Origin: a virus
Taxonomy: Duplodnaviria; Caudoviricetes
IMG/VR virus record: IMGVR_UViG_3300044852_000047
Span: 1 to 64,000 of that record
Direction: 5' to 3' (one strand)
DNA: 64,000 nucleotides
The translations under genes and the position numbers were made by a program. The notes under the pieces are model-generated. The model ran no database searches. It saw nothing but the letters and a program-made list of their open reading frames with translations, and was not told the DNA's origin. This document shows positions 37,127 through 46,020 of the stretch, in pieces; positions within the stretch are counted from its first letter, which is position 1; every line of letters starts with the position of its first letter.

Positions 37127-37474
37127 ATGTCTGACAGTCAAGTTCGTGACATTGAACGGGCGATCGCATCTGACAAAGTCAAAGCGGAAGCCGGTAAAGC
37201 ACTAGAACGTCTGCGTCGTAATCCAGATTTCAAAAGTTTGATTGTTCAAGGCTACCTCAAAGATGAAGCGGTGCGCCTGGTACATGCCAAGGCTGACCCA
37301 CAGTTTGATTCGCCGACACGCCAGGCTGCGATTGACCGCGACATTAACGCGATTGGTGCTTTTGCGGTGTTCCTGCGCACTACCGAACAACTGGGTGGCT
37401 CCGCCATGGCGTCTCTGGAAACCAATGAGCGTGAACTTGAATTGATTCACCAGGAGGAGTTGAGCAATGTCTGA
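37127..37474 (+). CDS. Conserved N4-like protein (gp58-like)
   Basis: L.RL..NPDFK.LI..GY..DEAVRLV. Confidence 0.8.
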   Translation: MSDSQVRDIERAIASDKVKAEAGKALERLRRNPDFKSLIVQGYLKDEAVRLVHAKADPQFDSPTRQAAIDRDINAIGAFAVFLRTTEQLGGSAMASLETNERELELIHQEELSNV

Positions 37475-38648
37475 TACCACTCGCTCGTTCTTGGAATTGT
37501 CCGACGAAGACCTGATGAAGTTGCCGCCACCGGTATTTAACCCGGCGGAACCGATCAGTACAGCCACCACTGAGAAGTTAGTGGGGGCCGAGGAAGAAGT
37601 TGTACTCGACCCAGCCTCCGAAGTGGTAGATCCCGTGCCTGCCACGACTGATCCTGTTATTGAACAGGAAGAGGGCGAGGAGGGTAAACCTGCAATCGTT
37701 GCCGAGGTGGAAGATGGCCAAAACTCTGCTGCCACCGAGCCCGCGCCAGCAGGCAAGGATGGAAAGGAGCCCGTACCGGCCAAGGCCGATGCAGAAAAAG
37801 GTACTGAACCGGCTGCCGAAATCGACCACAAAGCTGAACTCGCCAAGATCATGGCCCCCTTCAAGGCCAACGGTCGTGACATGCAAGTTCGCAGCGCCGA
37901 TGAAGCCGTTGCACTTATGCAAATGGGTGCAAACTACAACAAGAAGATGGCCGGACTTAAACCCCATCTTGCGCTTGTTAAACAATTGGAAAAAGCGGAT
38001 CTACTCAGTAATGAGAAGATTGGCTTCCTGATTGACTTGCACAATAAGAACCCTGAAGCTATTGGTAAGTTGATCAAGGACAGTGGCATTGACCCACTTG
38101 ATCTGAATGAAGAGAAAGTACAGGCCTACGTGCCAAATACTTACGCCATCAGTGACAAAGAGCAGGCGTTTGATGAAGTACTGGAATCCATCAAGGACAC
38201 TCCGACTTATCAACGCACGCTGGACACTGTGGCCAATGAGTGGGACCAAGGCAGCAAGGCGCAATTAGGCGAACACCCTCAAGTGTTGAAGATCATCAAT
38301 GACCACATGGCCAGTGGTATTTATGACCTGATCGCCGCTGAGGTGAATCACCAAAAAGCCTTGGGTAAGTTAGTGGGTGTTCCTGCACTCGCGGCGTACA
38401 ACCAAATCGGCGACCAATTGAATGCGGCCGGCGCGTTTAACCACTTGAACAAAGTGGCAACAGAGCCTGCACCGATCAAGAAGGTTGTTGTAGCGGAAGC
38501 CGCCAAACCGAATCAGGCCGTGCAAGACCAACGTCGTGCCGCAAGCCCGACCCGAACTTCCCCTGCCAAGAAAGTGGCCACTGACTTTAATCCGCTGAAT
38601 ATGTCGGATGACGAGTTCGCCAAACTTGGTAACCCCGCTCATATGTAA
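37467..38648 (+). CDS. Scaffold-like protein (N4 gp57-like)
   Basis: PFKANG..., LMQMGANY.KKM, NPL.MSDDEF. Confidence 0.85.
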   Translation: MSDTTRSFLELSDEDLMKLPPPVFNPAEPISTATTEKLVGAEEEVVLDPASEVVDPVPATTDPVIEQEEGEEGKPAIVAEVEDGQNSAATEPAPAGKDGKEPVPAKADAEKGTEPAAEIDHKAELAKIMAPFKANGRDMQVRSADEAVALMQMGANYNKKMAGLKPHLALVKQLEKADLLSNEKIGFLIDLHNKNPEAIGKLIKDSGIDPLDLNEEKVQAYVPNTYAISDKEQAFDEVLESIKDTPTYQRTLDTVANEWDQGSKAQLGEHPQVLKIINDHMASGIYDLIAAEVNHQKALGKLVGVPALAAYNQIGDQLNAAGAFNHLNKVATEPAPIKKVVVAEAAKPNQAVQDQRRAASPTRTSPAKKVATDFNPLNMSDDEFAKLGNPAHM

Positions 38649-38660
38649 TTCGAGGTTTAT

Positions 38661-40061
38661 ATGGCTCAGCAGTATAACGATCCAAAAGGCGGCACTCAGG
38701 CGGCCATCGGTAACCAGGCGGTTGTCGAGTACTACCAGAAGCAGGCGCTGATCGAAGCCCGCAAGTTGCAGTTCTTCAGTCAACTGGCTGACGTGACTTC
38801 CATGCCGAAGAACATGGGCAAGGCAATCAAGCGGTTCCACTACATCCCGATGCTGGATGACGCGAACATCAACGACCAGGGTATCGACGCTGCCGGCGCG
38901 GTGATCCTCAGCACCGGTTACTCGGTGACCCTGCCACGTCCAGTCCTGAGCTACGCCGTTGAAGCGGATGCGACCGCAGCCGCTGCGGCTATCAACGCCG
39001 TAGGTGCAGGTGTTGCGGTGAAGACCGGTGCAGTTACTCCGTGGACCGTGACCTGCTCCAAGGTTGCACTGGCAGCCGGTACCCAGGCTCAAGCGAACGC
39101 CATCGTGGCGGCGGTGCCGGGTTCTATCGCGCTGCAAGGTTCGGGCAACCTGTACGGCTCCTCGAAAGACATCGGCACCATCAGCGGCAAGATGCCGGTG
39201 CTGTCGGAAACCGGTGGTCGCGTCAACCGTGTGGGCTTCAAGCGTAAGGAAGTGACCGGTTCGCTGGAAAAGTTCGGCTTCTTCGACGAATACACCCAGG
39301 AATCTCTGGACTTCGACTCGGATGCTGACCTGGAACAGCACATCAACCGCGAGATGGTCAACGGCTCGATCGAGATCACCGAAGACCTGTTGCAAATCGA
39401 CCTGCTGAACAGCGCGGGTGTGATTCGCTACGCCGGTTCGGCGGTGTCCAACGCCTCCATCGGTGCTACGTCGATCGTGTCTTACCAGGACCTGATGCAC
39501 CTGAGCATCGATCTGGATAATAACCGTTCGCCGAAGTACACCAAGCAGATCACCGGTACCCGCATGATCGACACCCGCACGATTCAAGGTGCGCGACTCA
39601 TGTACATCGGCTCCGAGCTGCTGCCGACCCTGAAGGCGATGAAGGACCTGCACAACAACCCGGCGTTCATCAGCGTCGAGAAGTACTCCGCCGGCGGTGA
39701 AACCTTCACCGGTGAAGTAGGTTCGATCGACCAGTTCCGCTTCATCGTGGTCCCGGAAATGATGAAGTGGGCGGGTGCCGGTGCAGATGCTACGGCTGAC
39801 GCGGCGCACTACGAGACCAACAACCGTTTCGACGTGTTCCCGATGCTCACCATCGGCAGCGAGTCGTTCACCACCATTGGTTTCCAGACCGACGGCAAGA
39901 CGGTCAAGTTCGTTATCACCCACGTCAAGCCAGGCCCGGAAGCCGCGTGCAAGACCGACCCGTACGGCGAGACCGGCTTCATGTCGATCAAGTGGTACTA
40001 CGGCTTCATGGCTCTGCGCCCTGAGCGTATCGGTCTGATCAAGACTGCTGCGTCCCTGTAA
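38661..40061 (+). CDS. Major capsid protein (N4 gp56-like) with ~78-aa insertion
   Basis: NDQGIDA, GNLYGSSKDIG, GGRVNRVGF, DPYGETGF.SIKWYYG. Confidence 0.95.
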   Translation: MAQQYNDPKGGTQAAIGNQAVVEYYQKQALIEARKLQFFSQLADVTSMPKNMGKAIKRFHYIPMLDDANINDQGIDAAGAVILSTGYSVTLPRPVLSYAVEADATAAAAAINAVGAGVAVKTGAVTPWTVTCSKVALAAGTQAQANAIVAAVPGSIALQGSGNLYGSSKDIGTISGKMPVLSETGGRVNRVGFKRKEVTGSLEKFGFFDEYTQESLDFDSDADLEQHINREMVNGSIEITEDLLQIDLLNSAGVIRYAGSAVSNASIGATSIVSYQDLMHLSIDLDNNRSPKYTKQITGTRMIDTRTIQGARLMYIGSELLPTLKAMKDLHNNPAFISVEKYSAGGETFTGEVGSIDQFRFIVVPEMMKWAGAGADATADAAHYETNNRFDVFPMLTIGSESFTTIGFQTDGKTVKFVITHVKPGPEAACKTDPYGETGFMSIKWYYGFMALRPERIGLIKTAASL

Positions 40062-40072
40062 CACCTCTTCAG

Positions 40073-40094
40073 CAGGGCGGGTCATACCGCCCTG
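40073..40094 (+). terminator. Hairpin after MCP
   Basis: CAGGGCGG-GTCATA-CCGCCCTG. Confidence 0.6.
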
Positions 40095-40126
40095 TTGTCA
40101 CTTTGCCCCCTTCAAGGAACACTCCC

Positions 40127-40720
40127 ATGATTGATGACAACCAAGAGCTGGAACAGGAAACCGCAGCAGCGCCGAGTGAACTGGATTCTCTCAAGGCCCG
40201 TGCTGACCTGATTGGTTTGAAGTACCACCCAAGCATTGGCGTGGACGCCCTGCGTGAAAAGCTGGCCATTGCCTTGTCCGATACTCCTGCTCCCACCGAA
40301 TCGCTTAATCCGGTCGTCGATCCGTCGGCCCCGGACAGTAATGCCCCGGTTATCTCCGAACGCAAGCGTCTGCGTAACGAAGCGGCCAAGCTGGTGCGCG
40401 TACGCGTGACCTGCATGAACCCACTGAAGAAAGACTGGGAAGGCGAGATCTTCTGTGTCGGCAACGGCCAGATCGGCTCGTTCAAGAAGTTCGTGCCGTT
40501 CAACCTGGACGAGGGTTACCACATCCCGCACATCATCTACACCGAGATGAAAGCGCGCATGTACCAGGCCTTCGTCACCGAGAAGCACTCCAGTGGTCGT
40601 AAGGTCAAGGTCGGCAAGCTGATCCGCGAGTTCGGTATCGAAGTGCTGGAACCGCTGACCGAAGTCGAGCTGAAAGAACTGGCGCAGCGCCAAGCCATGG
40701 CCAACGGTACCGCGAACTAA
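40127..40720 (+). CDS. N4 gp55-like protein
   Basis: LKARADLIG..YHP.IG..LR.K; LVRVRVTCMNP.K. Confidence 0.85.
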   Translation: MIDDNQELEQETAAAPSELDSLKARADLIGLKYHPSIGVDALREKLAIALSDTPAPTESLNPVVDPSAPDSNAPVISERKRLRNEAAKLVRVRVTCMNPLKKDWEGEIFCVGNGQIGSFKKFVPFNLDEGYHIPHIIYTEMKARMYQAFVTEKHSSGRKVKVGKLIREFGIEVLEPLTEVELKELAQRQAMANGTAN

Positions 40721-40732
40721 GGGAGCACGGTC

Positions 40733-41620
40733 ATGACACTGAACATCAACCCGCTGATGACAGCGGATTTGACTGAGGCCATACCTGCCGGTAACGGGGT
40801 GTTCGACACGCTGATGCGTGCGGCCAAAGGTCACCTGGAACAGGAATATGACCAGAATCGCATTCGTGCGGCGGACTATTCCCAGGTCTACCTCGGTGCC
40901 ATGACCGCTATCCTACAAAACTCGGTGATGTTCCTGCTGCAAAAAGACAAGGCCTCGCAAGATGCCTTGTTGATTCAGGAACAGATCAAGCTGGCCGTCC
41001 TGCAACAGGAGCTGTTGCAGAAGCAGATCGATCAGGCAGACAAGGATGCGGCCCTGAAAGCGGCGCAGACCCTAAAGGTCATCCAGGAAACGCATAACCT
41101 GGTCAATGCTGACCTTCAGACGATCGCCCAGACCGACACGATCAAGCAGCAGAAGCTTAACCTGATCACCGAAAACGCGACCATGGTCAAGCAACAGCTG
41201 AAGCTGGATGCCGACACCAACCTGGTCAAGCAGAACACGGCTAATGCGGTCATCGAAGGTGACAACCTGTCGAAACAGGGTTGCTTGCTGGCGGCGCAGT
41301 ACGACCTGACCATGACCAACAACCTGCAAGCGGTGGCACAGACCACCTTGATCCAGCAGAAGACCGCGACTGAGAAAGCCCAGACCGTCGCCACCGGTGT
41401 GGACGACAACTCGGTAGTAGGCAAGCAGAAGTTGCTGTACGCAGCACAGACCAATGGTTTCACCCGCGACGCCGAGCAGAAAGCGGCCAAATTGCTGGTG
41501 GATACCTGGAACGTGCGGCGCACCACCGACGATGCGACGGTGGCGGACAACAACAACATGCTCAACGACGTGACCATTGGCCGCGCCGTGAACAAGGTCC
41601 TGCAAGGTGTGGGTGCGTAA
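40733..41620 (+). CDS. Virion structural protein (N4 gp54-like)
   Basis: G.GVFD.LM, GVVGKQK.LY.AQT.GF.RDAEQKAAK. Confidence 0.8.
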   Translation: MTLNINPLMTADLTEAIPAGNGVFDTLMRAAKGHLEQEYDQNRIRAADYSQVYLGAMTAILQNSVMFLLQKDKASQDALLIQEQIKLAVLQQELLQKQIDQADKDAALKAAQTLKVIQETHNLVNADLQTIAQTDTIKQQKLNLITENATMVKQQLKLDADTNLVKQNTANAVIEGDNLSKQGCLLAAQYDLTMTNNLQAVAQTTLIQQKTATEKAQTVATGVDDNSVVGKQKLLYAAQTNGFTRDAEQKAAKLLVDTWNVRRTTDDATVADNNNMLNDVTIGRAVNKVLQGVGA

Positions 41621-41638
41621 GTACGCACGTAGGTAACC

Positions 41639-41664
41639 AAGGGCGCCACTGTGCGCCCTTTTTT
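41639..41664 (+). terminator. Intrinsic terminator
   Basis: AAGGGCGC-CACTGT-GCGCCCTT-TTTT. Confidence 0.8.
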
Positions 41665-41678
41665 AATGAGGGTGGGTC

Positions 41679-43958
41679 ATGGGCCTGTTCAGCAGCAAGA
41701 AGAAGACCTACGTCAACACCACGGTGCAGCCAGTGTTCACCGAGAACCAGATCCCCAATTCGCTGAAGACCGGGGTGATCAAGGCGATCCTGCGCGACGG
41801 TAACGTGCCGGACTACCTGCTCGAAGAAACGGTCAACAGCATCAACATCCGCGCCGATGCCGGCTGGAACTGGGCACGCTGGAACTACCTGTATGGCACG
41901 CCGAGCGCCAGTATCTCCGCCAGTGCCAGTGCCAAGAGCGTGGTCATGCACACCCTGGCCAGCTTGAACCGGGTACCGGTGACGCCGGATTACTACGTGT
42001 TCGGGCCAATGAACAGCCTTCACTTCGGTTGGCAGACGCTGGTCACTGACTACGCGTACCAGCCGCAAACCAATGAACTGAAAGCGCTGTCGGCCAGTGT
42101 TGGTTACCCGTGCTACCTGAAAGACATGGTCGCCACCTACCGCCGCAGTATGTTCGATGACGCGGTGCGCCACAGCGATACCGGCATCCTCAATCAATGG
42201 GGGCCGTCGCCTAGTTCGGGCTACCGTCCTTCGGCGCCGTTCAACCTGCTGACCGGCATTGGCCAGTTCGCCGAGCACGCGGTGTATGAAGTGTCGGACA
42301 CGGTGACCGATGACTACATCACCCTGACCTACGAGTTCAAGGACAACCAGGGGCAGATCATCAGTCGTGGCCTGACCGTGTCGATGGGCACGCTCGACCT
42401 CGATGCAGACTACCACCAGGTGCGGTATGTCCGTGGCGATGGCTTCATTGGCTTCTTCACCTACCTCGACGGTAGCGGCGAATATCCAGAGATCGACGGT
42501 GTGCAGCACACCCCGTTCCAGGAACTGGGCACCTACTACCCTTGGACCTACCTGCGTCTAAACGACGAGAACATGGGCGCTGATTACAAGCACCAGGACC
42601 AGTCGTATAAGGACTCGGTGAAGTGGTGCAAGTACCTCGGGGTGGATTACCAGACCCTGAGTGATGCGGTGCAGGCTGACCCTGGGGTAGACGATGTCGA
42701 GCAGGCCATCATGATGTTTGGCGTGGACGCCAACGGCCAGAGTCAGGCCGAACTGGACTACCTGTTCGAGTACTTCAGTCTGCTGCACCAGAACAGCGTG
42801 CAGGCACTGGAGACCTCCGACCAGTTCAATGCCTACAGCAGCAGCCCGGGCCAAGCCCAGGTGATTCGTGATTCGTCGTTCCAGATGACCCTGACCCATG
42901 CCGGGATTCAGTTCAAACGCACCGCCGGCTATATAGGCAAGGTTGGCTTCTGTAGCGGAGAACTGCTGGCGGAAACCAGTGAAGTGACTTATCAGCGGGT
43001 CAACAGTAAAGACGAGGCTCCGGGGCCGGCTACACAGACTGTGGTCACGCCGTACTACCAGTACCGCAAGCAGGTAAAGGGTGGCTTCTACGAAGAAGTT
43101 AGGGTGTACAACCCGTCACTGTCCTACCAGATCACCGACAACTATGGTCACTCCGCCGGTGCAGGGGACAAGGAACTGCTGATCCCGGTGGATCGCGCTG
43201 TGGTGGCAAGCATGAGCTTCCGTCTGCGTGAGCAGGTGCTGGCTCGCTCACTACACATCGTGGTCAACACCAAGGTGGTAGTGAAGACCCCGTGGTACGC
43301 CAGCACCTGGTTCAAGGTGGTGCTGATCATCATTGCCATTGCCATCGCGATCGTCTCGGTAGGCGGTGCCTCGGGGATCTCGGCAGCCATTGCCACGGCC
43401 ACGGTGACGTCGGTGACAATTGCCGTGGTGGAAATGATCGTGATCAACCTGGCGGTTAGCTATGGCTTGAAGCTGTTCGTCAAGGCGTTCGGCCCGGAGG
43501 CCGGGTTGATTGCCGCCATTGCCTTGATAGCCGTCGGTGGTTACTACGCCACCACGACTGATACCACCGCCAGTTTGAGTGAAGTGTGGGGCGAACGCTT
43601 GTTGTCGGCCGGCAGTAACTTGGCGCAAGTGTCGACCACCGAGTACGGCTCTATGGTCAGCGATATTCAACAAGAGATGCTGGACTTCCAGGACTACGCC
43701 AAGGGCGAGTTTGATAGTCTGAAAGAGCACCGTGAACAATTAGGGTTGGACAAGTCTACTACTGCCCTGGACTTCGTCAGTTATGCGCCAATGATTGTCT
43801 TTGGAGAGTCGCCCAATGATCTTTATACCCGCACAGTACACTCGGGTAACATAGGCGTGGTGAGTTACGACATGGTCAGTAACTTCGTCGGCACGTCCTT
43901 GACGCTGCCGACGCTTAATCAAACTGAAGAGGGCTTTAAAGATGGCTGGACTGTTTGA
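41679..43958 (+). CDS. Virion protein (N4 gp53-like)
   Basis: MGLFSSKKK start, C-terminal hydrophobic helices, synteny. Confidence 0.8.
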   Translation: MGLFSSKKKTYVNTTVQPVFTENQIPNSLKTGVIKAILRDGNVPDYLLEETVNSINIRADAGWNWARWNYLYGTPSASISASASAKSVVMHTLASLNRVPVTPDYYVFGPMNSLHFGWQTLVTDYAYQPQTNELKALSASVGYPCYLKDMVATYRRSMFDDAVRHSDTGILNQWGPSPSSGYRPSAPFNLLTGIGQFAEHAVYEVSDTVTDDYITLTYEFKDNQGQIISRGLTVSMGTLDLDADYHQVRYVRGDGFIGFFTYLDGSGEYPEIDGVQHTPFQELGTYYPWTYLRLNDENMGADYKHQDQSYKDSVKWCKYLGVDYQTLSDAVQADPGVDDVEQAIMMFGVDANGQSQAELDYLFEYFSLLHQNSVQALETSDQFNAYSSSPGQAQVIRDSSFQMTLTHAGIQFKRTAGYIGKVGFCSGELLAETSEVTYQRVNSKDEAPGPATQTVVTPYYQYRKQVKGGFYEEVRVYNPSLSYQITDNYGHSAGAGDKELLIPVDRAVVASMSFRLREQVLARSLHIVVNTKVVVKTPWYASTWFKVVLIIIAIAIAIVSVGGASGISAAIATATVTSVTIAVVEMIVINLAVSYGLKLFVKAFGPEAGLIAAIALIAVGGYYATTTDTTASLSEVWGERLLSAGSNLAQVSTTEYGSMVSDIQQEMLDFQDYAKGEFDSLKEHREQLGLDKSTTALDFVSYAPMIVFGESPNDLYTRTVHSGNIGVVSYDMVSNFVGTSLTLPTLNQTEEGFKDGWTV

Positions 43959-44397
43959 TAACAACTACGGGATGGACTTATCCAGCCTCGGTAGTTATGG
44001 CAACAGTAATAACATGGCTGCGCCCAGTGTTTCGTCTTCCCCCGTCGCAAGTAACAACCCTGTCGGGGGTGATTGGACCAGCGTACTGAAGAACTTGCTA
44101 AGTGGTGCACTAAACCAAAGTTCTACCACTAACGGGATTACCACCCAGTCTCAGGGCTGGGCAGCGCCCGCAGTTGCTGGTGCCGGTGCTTTGCTCAATG
44201 GCTTCCTCGGTATGCAGCAGTACGGCCTGGCCCAGGATGCACAGAAGGAGCAGACCCGGCAGTTCAACGCGAACTTCCAGAACCAACGCAGCCTGACCAA
44301 CACTCAGCTGGAAGACCGTCAGCGGGCACGCGTCGCGGCCGGCGGTAATGGTGCCTACCAGTCGGTATCCGACTACATGACCAAAAACGGGGTATAA
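43942..44397 (+). CDS. Virion/ejection protein (N4 gp52-like)
   Basis: N..NQ..L.N.QLEDRQRARVAA C-terminal motif. Confidence 0.8.
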   Translation: MAGLFDNNYGMDLSSLGSYGNSNNMAAPSVSSSPVASNNPVGGDWTSVLKNLLSGALNQSSTTNGITTQSQGWAAPAVAGAGALLNGFLGMQQYGLAQDAQKEQTRQFNANFQNQRSLTNTQLEDRQRARVAAGGNGAYQSVSDYMTKNGV

Positions 44398-44400
44398 ACC

Positions 44401-46020
44401 ATGGCGACGCCGATCACCTGGCGCAACATCAATTCGGACCCGACTCTCGGTGCGAGCCGTGCCCTGTCCGGTGCACAGCAGTCCGTACAGGACGTCAGTA
44501 AAAGCCTGATGGGGATCATTGATTCCGGTAACCAGCTCCAGGCGGATAACCGCGCCGCCATGATCAAAGGCAACACGCAGAACTTCCTAGATCAGGTGGC
44601 GGGTAAGTCCGCCACCGATCTGGCTGATCCGGCGGTACAGGCGCAACTGGCGGCACAGCGTCAATCCATGGCTTCAGCCGGTTTGATCGATCAGGCCGCG
44701 ACCCGTAATGCCACGGTGGATCAGGGTGCGCTGTTGCAAAAAGCAGCCATGCAAACCATGGAGTTCAACGACAAGTCGCAGACCGTGTCAGACCGTCCGG
44801 CCGAGCAGCAGGTAGCCCAACTGGTGGCTAACAAGGATTTCACCGGGGCGAAGCAGCTGATTGACCAGAACCACTTCTTGAACGCTCCCAGCCTGTACGA
44901 CTCGCTGACCCAAGCCCAACGTGCGGCCACCGGTGATGCGTACAAAGCACAGGATCAAGTATGGCAGGGGCAGAATCACGCACTCAGCATGGCTCAAGGT
45001 AATCAGAGCATGGACTTTGCTCGTCGCAACCAAGCGTACGCCGATACTGTTCATGCGCAGGGAATCAAGGAGATCAACGACAGCAATGCCGCAGATGCCG
45101 TGGTACGTCAACTGGATGAAGCCTATAGCACTGGACAGAAGCAACAGGCGACAGCGGTCAATGCCATTGCCGATAAGTTACAGCTGCCGCGGGACCCCAC
45201 CACCGGGGAGATTGCCTATGACAAGTTGTCGAACGACCAGGCGCAAACCATCAAGGACACCTTGAAGGCGCAGGGACTGGACCAGAATTATTCTGCCACT
45301 AGTCGTAATGCCACGGCACACGAACTGACCAAGGATCTGCCGGTGGCGATCCAGAAGCAGGTGCAGGACAAAGCCTCTATTCTAGACGCCTTCGATGCAG
45401 TGGCCCCAGCCGACCAGCCGCGTATGCAATCCTACGTGCAGCAGGCCACCAAGCAGGCCACCTCGGACCTGACCATGTTGCAGATCCAGGAGGAGAAGGA
45501 CAAACGCAATAACGTCTGGTTGAACACGTCGGCAGACCCTGAAAAGGATGCCATGGGTATTGTTGATGGCTTCATCAGCAAGCAGAAGGATCGCCCGACT
45601 GACGCCAACCAGCGCAAGTTAATTGAGGGGGCTACCAATGCACTGCGTAGTGGCATCAAGGTAAATATCGACGGCGAAGACAAGTTGGTACAAGTGCCCC
45701 CCTCGATGTTGGCCAATGCCTTGGATGCTGTGGGTTATGACCAAGCGGCTAGTATGCTGTCTTACGGTAGTTTTAAACCGGATGAAATTGGTAATTACAT
45801 CAAGGACCAGTTAGTCAATAACCCGGATATGCTGGCGCAAATGAAAGCGGCACCGCAACTAGCCGGGGCGTATGCCAAAGGAAAGATTCAACTCAGTCGC
45901 AAGATTGAAGCGGATACAACGGACGCCGTTAATACATTCAAACAACAAAATGGCATCACGCCTAATTCGTCGAGTATCATCGACCGTATTAACCGCGCCG
46001 CCAAGGAATCGAAACAGTGA
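44401..46020 (+). CDS. Virion/ejection protein (N4 gp51-like)
   Basis: MATPITWRNI start, Gln/Ala-rich, no Cys seen, precedes vRNAP. Confidence 0.75.
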   Translation: MATPITWRNINSDPTLGASRALSGAQQSVQDVSKSLMGIIDSGNQLQADNRAAMIKGNTQNFLDQVAGKSATDLADPAVQAQLAAQRQSMASAGLIDQAATRNATVDQGALLQKAAMQTMEFNDKSQTVSDRPAEQQVAQLVANKDFTGAKQLIDQNHFLNAPSLYDSLTQAQRAATGDAYKAQDQVWQGQNHALSMAQGNQSMDFARRNQAYADTVHAQGIKEINDSNAADAVVRQLDEAYSTGQKQQATAVNAIADKLQLPRDPTTGEIAYDKLSNDQAQTIKDTLKAQGLDQNYSATSRNATAHELTKDLPVAIQKQVQDKASILDAFDAVAPADQPRMQSYVQQATKQATSDLTMLQIQEEKDKRNNVWLNTSADPEKDAMGIVDGFISKQKDRPTDANQRKLIEGATNALRSGIKVNIDGEDKLVQVPPSMLANALDAVGYDQAASMLSYGSFKPDEIGNYIKDQLVNNPDMLAQMKAAPQLAGAYAKGKIQLSRKIEADTTDAVNTFKQQNGITPNSSSIIDRINRAAKESKQ

